DNA of 20,000 nt from Psammoneis japonica (taxonomy: Eukaryota). Below the pieces are notes generated by a model that was given only the letters and a program-made list of their open reading frames with translations, made no database searches and was not told where the DNA came from. Below, in pieces: positions 11,006-20,000 of the stretch. Within the stretch, counting starts at the first letter, position 1; every line of letters begins with the position of its first letter. The translations under genes and the position numbers were made by a program. The DNA lies in NCBI GenBank assembly GCA_008632985.1, contig QPGO01000277.1, positions 50,471-70,470 of the forward strand. The letters run 5' to 3'.

Positions 11006-12222
11006 CGTGTATTAGCAGGACCATGGTGCACCATGCTCCTTGGAGACGCTGGTGCTGACGTTATCAAGCTTGAACGAACCAAAACTGGAGATGAAACGAG
11101 AAATTGGGGACCACCGTTTGTCAACGGCGACGTTTCAACGTACTTTTTAAGTGTCAATCGAAACAAGAGTTCAATCGCGGTAGACATTAAAACAACGGAA
11201 GGATTGGATCTATGCCGTCGTCTTGCAACAGAGTGGGCGGATGTACTTGTCGAGAATTTCAAGGTTGGAACAATGGAGCGACTGGGTCTCAGCTATGAAA
11301 CATTGAGGCAGGAGAATCCAGGTCTCGTTTATTGCAGTATTACTGGGTTCGGAAGCACGGGACCACTGAGCAGTCGACCAGGATACGATGTCATCATCAG
11401 TGGGATGTACGGTCTCATGTCAATCACAGGAGAAGAGCATGGAGATCCCGCCAAGGTGGGAGTTGCCATTACAGACGTGGTGGCGGGTACTCTGGCGCAC
11501 GGAGGTATTCTTGCAGCCTTATATCAACGAAACCGGACCGGACGCGGTCAACAAGTGGAAACATCACTCATGGAGACGCAACTCGCCTCCTTGGTCAACA
11601 TTGCCTCCAGCTCACTCAATAGTCCAGAGGGAACGCCGCCTCCACAACGATGGGGTACCGCACACGAGTCCATTGTGCCTTACCAAACTTTTCCATGCAA
11701 GCACGACGACGGTGAGGAAAAGCAATACGTGGTTGTTGGAGCTGGAAATGATTTACAGTTTAAAAAATTGTGCAACGCCATGGGCATGGATGAGGTGGCA
11801 AGTAGCGATCGATTTAGAACAAACGCGGATAGGGTGAAAAATCGCAACGAGCTTGTTGCTGTGCTAGAAAAGAGATTTCTTCAAAAGACACGAAATGAAT
11901 GGGTAGACTTGTTGAGTGACAAGGGTTTCCCGATTGGACCCGTTCGATCCGTTCCTGAGGCGTTTGAATGCGAACAGGCCATTCATCGTGGCATAGTGAC
12001 AGAGATGAACCATGTTGTTGCGGGAAGATCAAGTTGCCAAGGACTCCCATTTTGTACGTGGGCGAGTCAACAGACAATTTGGATAAACCAAAACCACCTC
12101 CCATGCTTGGAGAACATACCGAGGAGATCCTCACCAACGTTCTAGATATGACTCCTGGGGAGGTTCGAGCATTAGAACGAGCCGGGGTGATCGAGTGTTG
12201 GCGGCAACAAGAGCCAAAGTAG
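10964..12222 (+). CDS. Family III CoA-transferase (CaiB/BaiF, SUGCT-like); frameshift near 12022-12026, possibly a young pseudogene
   Basis: PLRGLRVLDLSRVLAGP, NRNKSS, ADVLVENF, YCSITGFG, GYD and the catalytic-Asp region GVAITD. The family C-terminus PPPMLGEHTEEIL...GVI continues in a second frame to the stop at 12220-12222. Confidence 0.9.
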
Positions 12223-12431
12223 CATGTTCAATGTGCGTGCCACCATGTTATTCTAAGCGGTTTGATCCTTTTGAAGAATGCGAAATTGATGTTGTACACA
12301 AGGCAAACGGGGGGCGCCCTTTGTTCCACGCCCCGTATAATCATTTCTCGCGTTGGAGTTGTCGTATCTTTGTGCATCCGGACAAGCAGAGTCGACTAGA
12401 CCCAAGGGTAGTATAGTCTGATGTGAAAAAA

Positions 12432-13450
12432 TATGTTGTTTGTGCAATATCCGAGAATCTTGACAAGGAAACACGCGTCACGTCGCTAGATGCCGGATCT
12501 CCAACATCGTTGCTCATTACAAAGCAAGAAAACGGACAAGTGCACGCAGAGACGCGTGCCTAACTCGAACTATTGCAGCATGACGAAGTACTCTTGAAAC
12601 AAGGAAGACGAAGCTCGCAGCTAGTAAAGAAAGTTTTATCACTTCGCACGCAGAAACAGGGTGCAGAGAATCCCATTGACGCCGACAGGAACCGACGGCG
12701 TCATAAAAAACACAGGTCTACATCTCGGCACAATCGAAATTTCAATACAACACCATTCGACCGAGAACCATCTCATCATGATTTGCTGGATAATTCAGAC
12801 GACGACGGCGAAGACATTCCACCTAGCGGACACATGGCTGGTCCATGTAGCACTTTGATCCAAGAGCGTATTTCGACAGAACCAACGGCGCCGCACTCCT
12901 TCAGCGAATTACACCATCTGATACCTGCGACACGTTGGAAGAATACATTCTCCTTTCATCTGCCCATGCAATTCCGCTCTATAAGCGATTGTGCCTTGGC
13001 TCTTAATGCAAACCTTGCCAAAAATTTCATCCAGCTCAACGTCAATGCCGGTGGAAGCAACCGAATGAACATTTGCGATCGTCGTAACTACACTTAGAGC
13101 TTCTTGCAAATGCCAAGACTGGTAAACTGCCCAACTCACTCTTATATGCAACATGACTTAGGTTGGCAGTCGGTTACTGTGAACCAATCTCATGGCGCCA
13201 CCAATGCGAATGGAAACAATCAGTACTCAGTTCGATCTCGTCGATACCTTCTTGGGGCGACGAAGATTTTTTATGTAATACAATCATGGAGCATCTCGTT
13301 GCACTACCCAATGTCGAGGAAATGCTATCAAGGTCACCATCCCAATCCATGGAAACATGGAAAGAACAGGGTTAAACTCAAGAAACTCCTCGTGTGGTGA
13401 GCAAAGGGATCTCTGCTCCAACATGCATCAAGAGTATTCTTGCGGCCAGG
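12432..13450 (+). pseudogene. MSH4: Degenerate MutS-family gene, MSH4-like (N-terminal/core portion only)
   Basis: Pieces across frames: VCAISENLDKETRVTSLDAGSP..KQENGQVHAETRA*LELLQHDEVLL; RAYFDRTNGAALLQRI..EEYILLSSAHA; RMNICDRR..LELLANAKTGK; VGSRLL*TNLMAPP..ETISTQFDLVDTFL; EHLVALPNVEEMLS; SKGISAPTCIKSIL. Stops at 12561, 13004 and 13180, plus several frameshifts. No ATPase domain seen. Confidence 0.78.
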
Positions 13451-13628
13451 TGTGTGCTCTTTCTCAAATTTTACAGCTTCCTTGTTGGCCTAGTCATTGA
13501 AGAGACTCTCATCTTTGCCTGCATCGTCTTGTTCAAACCATTAACTCATACTGCAAGCAGCGACCTGATCACCAGTCCGCCTCGATAGAGCTTAACACAC
13601 AGAGCTAGCCGTACGGTAGCAGCAAGGT

Positions 13629-13904
13629 CTACTGGATCGGATGATCTGTCCGTAAGCTTCCCTTCTTCTTCCAGGATGGAAAAGATGGAGGAGGATCATC
13701 GTTCCGGGCTTTGAAGTGGCCGGCTTCTTCAAATAGTTTGTCAAACATGTTCAAGTGCGTTCTTGATATAACCATGTCGCAAAAGATGGTTGGTGCCAAC
13801 GCCAAAAAAGCACCGAGAAAGTACGAAAAGATGGTTCTGAATCGTGAAATGTCGAAAGTAGGGCGACGTCAAGAAAGTGGTCCTTATTCCCTCTTTTTGG
13901 TCAT
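13629..13904 (-). pseudogene. Possible 5' remnant of a type II membrane protein gene
   Basis: ATG at 13904 reads MTKKRE*GPLS*RRPTFDISRFRTIFSYFLGAFLALAPTIFC..., i.e. a basic N-terminus then one hydrophobic stretch, with two early stops. Confidence 0.25.
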
Positions 13905-14328
13905 TAGATAGGGTCTGCGGGAAATCGCGGATTGAGGCGAAAAACGCAAAAAATCTATAGCAGAAATATTAGAAGCAGTGTGATAACACATTGCATCTAG
14001 CAGTAGCACCGGTACGATTTCAGCCTAGAGATTACGAACTGTGCTGTTTTACAAAAAGAGAACAGTGCCCAGGCCTTTATAGAAATACTCATCATTGCTT
14101 TTGAGGTTGCCTTGCGCACTATCATGTTCTCAGAATCGGAAACTGCGGCATGTCGTGAAAGCCGTCGAGTCCCTGCGCCGTCGCCCGAGCATTGGTGCTG
14201 TGCCAGGCTTGACACCTTCAACTGGTGGATACCAATTTGCTATGGATGGCACCAACTTTGGTTCACTATCTATTCGCAGGGCTAGAATAAAGAAAAGTGA
14301 TGTTTCTAAAGAAAATTGTCCTATCTAA

Positions 14329-15277
14329 TTATAGATCCTTGTAATCTACATTAAAAAGCGGTTCACCATTTTGAATCGCAAGCTGTGTTATGACAGCTAC
14401 AGCCCGAAATACATCGGCATGCTTCGATAGCGGTTTGTGGCGAAACCTTTTCTCCAGAATTGTCCAATTTTTGAAGCGTTCGTTGCACGTCTCCTGTCGA
14501 TTAAGAGCACGCCTCTGCATTTCTTCCATCTCCTTCGGGTTTGCAAAACTGCTGGGGCACTTAACATAGATGGGGGACTCACCCACGTACCCATCGTCAG
14601 CCTCTACGCGTTCCCCCTTGTCCAGTTCCGTCTTCAATGCCGATCGAAAAATGTCTAAGTCGTTGTACACGCCGGGCGCAAAGGGCCCATTAATCCACAC
14701 AATGTGACCGGTCAAAATGCATGCTGCTGCTTCGTAACGAAGTCCGCAGTCGTTGAATTTATGAGAGTAAAACTTCCTGCCGTGATTCGGGACACGAAAG
14801 TCTGTTCCGTCCACAGTAACTAGACAATCGTTTCCGACGTCACCAGTGCGGCGATTCTCCCAAATCATCTGGGCAGAACAAACAACAACACAAACAATGC
14901 GGGTGAGAATCAATTTTTTGAAACATGTGGAAATGTTGTCGCAATTGGGCACTTGCCAAGTGTGGCTCGAGTGATGCAATAGCCTCAATCATTGGCCACT
15001 TCCACGTTCGGAAAGTTTTTTCGTCGACTCCCCCAGCTTTGCCGGCAAGGTCAGTTTCCTTGCCATCAGATTTCAAAAAATTAAGTGCCCACAGCATGTG
15101 GCAGGCATTTGCTCCGTGGGGCAGCACGTCGTGGTGGACGAGGAGGTTCCACAGCGCGAGAGCCACGATTGGGCCGCAACCAAAAAACTCACGAAAACGC
15201 CTGTCCTCGGTCATTGTGGCGCCAAACTTCTTGTTGCCTCCATTCATCATTCCACGCCCCAAATTCATGAGGTCCTG
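14329..15277 (-). mobile_element. PIF/Harbinger-like DDE transposase gene (DDE_Tnp_4-like), 2 exons, 5' end abutted by an LTR
   Basis: Exon 1 (15277-14957): RRFREFFG..HMLWALNFLK..GVDEKTFRTW. Phase-0 intron 14956-14869 with GCAAGT donor and CAG acceptor. Exon 2 (14868-14329) carries an intact triad VTVDGTDF / VEADDGY / RQETCNERFKNW plus YSHKF..GLRYE. Confidence 0.88.
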
Positions 15278-15662
15278 TGCAGCGTGCGACTGTTGCACAC
15301 ACATTTATGATTACATGTTATTTGTGTGTCAATCGCACCACAGTCGTGGATGCGCACAAAGGACAGAACGATCACACAGAGTTGATCGGATGTCGAGAAT
15401 TGCAAATACGATCGATTGACGATGTTGACATCTTACGTGTCAACAGCAATCGCATCCGGACAATCTGTTGTCACGAATGTATTCTCCGAAAGGCCTTTTG
15501 TCTGTAGAAGCAGTGCAGAAGCTTTAGGCCATTGAGAACTCGTTCGGAGAAACCAAAAATCACAGAGCAAAATTTAATCTCATAATTTCCACTTTTCGTG
15601 CACCATTCTACTTTCGTTTACACTCGTTCTTCGAGCACAGTGCATTGTGCATGCACACCACA
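15278..15662 (+). repeat. 5' LTR (about 385 bp, TG...CA)
   Basis: 15278-15637 aligns without gaps to 19641-20000 (25 mismatches in 360 bp). The end at 15662 is inferred from the terminal CA and a degenerate inverted repeat. Confidence 0.88.
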
Positions 15663-15789
15663 GAAGGTAAAAAGCACGGAAAATGAAAATTTCAACTAAT
15701 GTGCCTTTGCAAATTCTTCTATAAACAGGAACGAATCGCATCAGTTCTGCTGGAATCGATTTCCGAGCGGAAGAAGCTCAAGCCGAGCA

Positions 15790-18700
15790 GTGCCTCAAGA
15801 TGGAACGCTGTTTTTCGTCTGCCAGACAAGAGGATTCGCTCCAATGCGGTCTGTTCCAAGCACCCAAGGATCAAGGGCTCTCAAGTACACCGCATTGTCA
15901 AAAAATCTACACCAAGTCATGGTTGCAGAGAATGCAAGTTCCGAGTCGATCAGGTCCGAGAAATGCGTCTGGCATGCAAGGAGAGACTGTTGGAGAGTTT
16001 TTGCAGACCGAATCAACGAGCCTCGAGTCCAAGAGCAAGATGGAACAGTTGGAAAGTACCTCAAGCGTCTCACAACTCATGCCCTCCGAGGAAATGCACT
16101 TCAGAATCAGGGAAATTATTTTCGAGACGACCTGAAGAAACCAGAGCCGCTCAACAGCAAGAAAGCCTCTGACAGACCCAAGAGGTCAACGAGGAGAGTC
16201 TACACGACTCTCAGATGGATTCTAAGTCGAATCTAGCGGGAAACCGAGCGCTGATTTATCAGCTGTCACTCGCACCGCAAGGATGGCAGCATCAGCCCAC
16301 TGTCCAAAATGTTGAACTGCTGGATCATGCCCTTGACGAGCTGATTGAGGTTTGAGTCGTCTAGAGGTCGGCAAGGACGTCTGTGACAAAAAAACACATC
16401 AATTCGGGCTCTGACAGCGCAGTTGATTCCACAATCAAAAAGGTTCCAATTTTGGTTCCAAAAATGGTCTCCTGCATGGTGCCAGAACAATCCAAAGTGA
16501 ATGCAAGGTCTTGTCTTTGAAAAAAGAACACCTGCATCACGGATTGAAGCTGTTCTAAAAATGAACTGTCAAAAGAGTGCAAGGGTGACTCTGAAAGAGA
16601 CCCAAAAATGCGCCGTTCAAATGGCAATCGCACGCGGTCGCGTCGCGACAACGAAAATGCCGCTCGCAAAAAAAGAGATGAACGTCATGATTGATCAGGC
16701 GGTTCAAAAAAATGCTCAAAGCGAGTTCCTTGAACAAAGAAAAAGAGCATGAGGGCAAAGAATCAGATTCTGGTGCCCTCAGTGAAGAAAAATGCCAATT
16801 TGATCGGATGATCCAGACTGAATCCGAAGAACAATGTTGGTCCATTCACAAATTGCATGCTTTGCTGGACATCAGGAAGCCTAGAAAAAAGGCAGAAATA
16901 ATTCACACCAGTCCAGGAGTCATCATTTATGTGAATGCTTCCTTGGGAAAGGAGAGAAAAAAAAAAGCATCTGCGTGTTCCTGTCGACAACGGAACATCG
17001 TCAACCACAATTTTGCGCAAATTCGTGCGAAAGTTGAGAACACAAGAATCCGCCACCAAAAACTTGGGAAACCAAGGGTGAGCTCTTTACGACTGATGGT
17101 AAACACCAAATTCAGTTCTCACTGTGCAAAATTTAAGGCACGCTGATGTTCAAACAGCACATGTTGAAAACACCAAATTTTCTTCAGGTTCAAATGACAT
17201 GATCATGGGACGCGACTCAATGTCCAGTCCCTGCAAGTCACATTGGACTACGCAAATGAAGAAATCTAATGGGAAGAAGCAATTGCCTTATGAAGAATGT
17301 TCATGCGCTCTTCGATGCCGATGTTTTCAAGCTGAAAACCGATCACATTGAAAAATGTGACGCCGTGAACAGAGTCAATGACGGAACCAATGGCCCTCGA
17401 CTCACATTGTCGCGCCATCGATCTTAATCAAGTGACAACTGCGGCGATGCATCTAACCCAAATGAACACAACCAACTCAATCTTCTTCTTGAGAGGTTGA
17501 AATTGTTTTGAAAAGTTCCTCAGACAAATGCATGGGAAGCATCAGTGGATCTCATCGTGGAAAATCTGACGCGATTCCACGACGCGTGAGAACCTTCTCC
17601 TGTCACAGTCTTTGGAGGCGTCCAATCAAAAGGAGTTTGACCCATTGTGAAAGATTGAAGTCTCAAGAATGAAGTTGCTCTGAATGAGTCGCTCTGAGAC
17701 ACATTGTCCAAAGAAAACAGGTCGAGTTCGACCGCACCCGACACTCAGAAGCTCAGCATGAGGTTCACACAGGTGGTGTGTCCTTTGCCCAACATTCAGG
17801 AAATGCTGTTGAAGCAAGAACGTTTCACACATGCAATCCATTTGATTCAAACATGGAATGCCACCATGTCAAATAAAAAAAGCACACGTCGTGCTCACAC
17901 GAAAATCATGCCGTGGGGAGAAAATGAGCACTGTGGACTTCCAATGAGAATCTGTGGAGCCCCAGATGTTTTTGCACAACACTTGAGTGAACTCACAACA
18001 GGTTTGAAGTTGTCAGAACGACTGTGTGTGATCGTTTGTGCCTGACAAAAGTAACTTCAAAATGTCGCCTGTGCAAGTGACAGCTTAATGCGGCATTCAA
18101 ACGACTGGAACAGTCGCTTGGAAGGTCAACAACAAAAGTCCTTCACTGTTTAACTTGAAATAAACTATCAAGACTTCCATGCGCAACGACATGCAATCGA
18201 TTGCAAAGAAAATGGAGGCGATTCAAGCAATCGCAACACGAGAAAAACGCAAAGAACACTGCGACATCTCGTTGTCATACGTTGCTGTTGTCGAGACATG
18301 CAGTCTCAACGATCTCCTGTACAATGCCAGCCAAATTCACCTCAACAAAGGTCAAACGGCAAAAGCACAAGTACGGAACAAAAAGTCTCCGAAAATGTGG
18401 AGCGCATCAAATCAAAAACCACATTGTCATCATGCACGGATTTCAACATCACACGTTACAACAGAAAAAAAGAACTTCTGTCCACAGTGAAAACACTCAC
18501 AAAATTCCGAAACATGCTGTTTGGCCAACAGATTTGTGCATGTGCGGATCACAAGACACAACGGACAAAGTCATGCGTTGACAACTTCAGTCCCGAATTA
18601 GAATGCAACGAGGGCAAGGCGAACATCGTCGCGACAGACGCGATCAGCCGACTTGCCACAGAAAATTGAATCCTACGACAATGTCCTGCCGTTAAAACGG

Positions 18701-19620
18701 GGTGAAGACATTCCCTCCAAATTGTCGGACGCGACATGTCATACGAACACTTTTCGTGGAGGCGAGCGAGATCGAAAAATGCTCATGTCACAAGGACAAA
18801 ATCGCCTTTTTAAAGGATGATTTAGGAAAAAACAGTGACAGATTGGTGCACATTATACGCGTCCACTTCACACTGGCAAAAGACAATCTCACAACACCCG
18901 CACGGTTGTGTTGTACAATGTACGAGGCAAGACATTAAAATGTGCATCATGTCGACACATGAGATGTGCCAAAGATCTAGAAAAAGAAAAGAAAAATGGA
19001 CATTTGTCCACTTGGTGCACAAAACCAGTGCCTTCGGAATGACAAAACAACACCGGCATGTCAGAAAGAAACGTCCAAACAACGATTAAAATCCAACTGA
19101 TAGATGGTTGAAGTGCAAAAAAAAAAATCCACAATGGAATTCACAACCATCACAGGATTGATTGTCAAGACGAAATGGTCACAATGTCTTTGACCATCGT
19201 TTGTCATTGCTTGTGAAACGTGGCAGTGCAGCAGAGCAATGTGGCACACAAAGTGAGCCCGCCAAACTGCATGAAATCCACAAGTGAGCAAGTGAACACC
19301 ACAATTGAGAGCGTGCATTAAGCACTGGGCACGATGCCATGTACAATCGATGTCAGGAAAAACACTTGCTCCAGGACAATTAGTCCTTGTGTTCATGTCA
19401 ACAAGAACGTCAATGAGAATGCTCGACGCAATGCTGTGTGTGTGCACATTAAGTGAGAAACAAACAATGTCACTCTCAAAAGACATTCGGAAATTGGAAC
19501 GGCCCCATGTTGCCCATGCAAAACAACAACAGTCATTGCCAATGGCACAATGCAGTGAAAGTGGAGACATCATTGACACTGTCGATGTCCGTCGAACAAT
19601 CCACTTGCAAATGACTCCAA
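15790..19620 (+). pseudogene. Fragmented gag-pol
   Basis: Gag-like ALQNQGNYFRDDLKKP. Protease LRVPVDNGTSSTTI (16971-17012) and DMIMGRDS (17196-17219). RT CPLPNIQEML..FTHA..DSNMECHHV..PWG..LPM..PDVF (17779-17975). RNase H ELLSTV..FRNMLFG..CADHK..GKANIVATDAISRL (about 18470-18655). Integrase NPQ..IESVH*ALGTM and PGQLV (about 19270-19390). Many stops and frameshifts. Confidence 0.9.
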
Positions 19621-19629
19621 TGTGCAATT

Positions 19630-19640
19630 AGGGAGGCGAA
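19630..19640 (+). other. Polypurine tract
   Basis: AGGGAGGCGAA immediately 5' of the TG start of the 3' LTR. Confidence 0.8.
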
Positions 19641-20000
19641 TGCAGCACGCGACTGTTGTGCACATGTTTGTGATTGTGTGTCATTCATGTGTCAATCGCA
19701 CCACAGTCGTGGATGCGCACAAAGGACAGAACGATCACACAGAGTTGATCGGATGTCGAGAATTGCAGGTGCGATCGATTGACGATGTTGACATCTTGCG
19801 TGTCAACAGCAATCGCATCCGGACAATCTGTTGTCACGAACATGTTCTCCGAAAGGCCTTTTGTCTGTAGAAGCAGTGCAGAAGCTTTGGGCCATTGAGA
19901 ACTCGTTCGGAGAAACCAAAAATCACAGAGCAAAATTTAATCTCATAATTTCCACTTTTCGCACACTGTTCTACTTTCGTTTACACTCGTTCTTCGAGCA
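19641..20000 (+). repeat. 3' LTR (truncated by the window end)
   Basis: About 93% identical to 15278-15637, with no indels. Confidence 0.93.

Larger units (their letters stand above)
15278..20000 (+). mobile_element. Degenerate Ty3/Gypsy LTR retrotransposon (predicted end about 20025, outside the window)
   Basis: Two direct LTRs 4363 bp apart, a polypurine tract before the 3' LTR, and internal remnants in gag-PR-RT-RNaseH-IN order. Confidence 0.93.

Noticed and set aside
12010..12030. Programmed ribosomal frameshifting in the CoA-transferase, NUP85 or P4H
   Set aside because: No canonical slippery heptamer was identified at the shift sites I could localise. Indel error or mutation is the simpler explanation.
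12573..13588. ORFs 12573..13097, 13104..13400, 13163..13375 and 13394..13588 as independent genes
   Set aside because: They are fragments or off-frame readings of the MSH4-like pseudogene.
14278..14300. Transposon TIR candidate (GGGCTAGAATAAGAAAAG)
   Set aside because: The position is plausible, but the partner end is outside the window, so it cannot be verified.
15663..15680. Primer-binding site (GAAGGTAAAAAGCACGG)
   Set aside because: There is no canonical TGG start and only weak resemblance to internal tRNA-Met-type PBSs. It cannot be assigned without a tRNA search.
15699..19933. Many Cys/His-rich 60-190 aa ORFs on both strands as novel metal-binding proteins
   Set aside because: They are by-products of TpA loss (fewer TAA/TAG stops, Tyr->Cys/His) in a dead gag-pol and its LTRs.
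15278..20000. CpG deamination or classical RIP as the main cause of LTR divergence
   Set aside because: CpG is abundant and shared by both LTRs, and TpA is depleted rather than enriched. Conserved Tyr/Leu/Ile codons show TA was ancestral. Only the 2 mismatches at 15284-15285 clearly involve a CG.

Overview
Gene-dense eukaryotic DNA, most likely from a diatom. This is inferred from the short GT-AG introns, a bipartite plastid presequence and diatom-like gene sequences. The left part (1-12.2 kb) holds RPL4, an ShKT-domain prolyl 4-hydroxylase, a plastid NEET/CDGSH protein, a small two-repeat protein, NUP85, a hypothetical protein, a vezatin-like protein and a family III CoA-transferase with a duplicated start region. 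The right part is decaying: an MSH4-like pseudogene that the ORF track does not reveal, and a PIF/Harbinger-type DDE transposase abutted at its 5' end by a degenerate Ty3/Gypsy LTR retrotransposon (15278 to beyond 20000). The most striking signal is a transposon-restricted, both-strand TpA->CpA/TpG hypermutation, the reverse direction of fungal RIP. It is visible in the LTR-LTR comparison, in Tyr->Cys/His changes at conserved Pol motifs, and in near-total TpA loss while CpG is retained. All counts are by hand and all family assignments are from motif recognition, not database searches.
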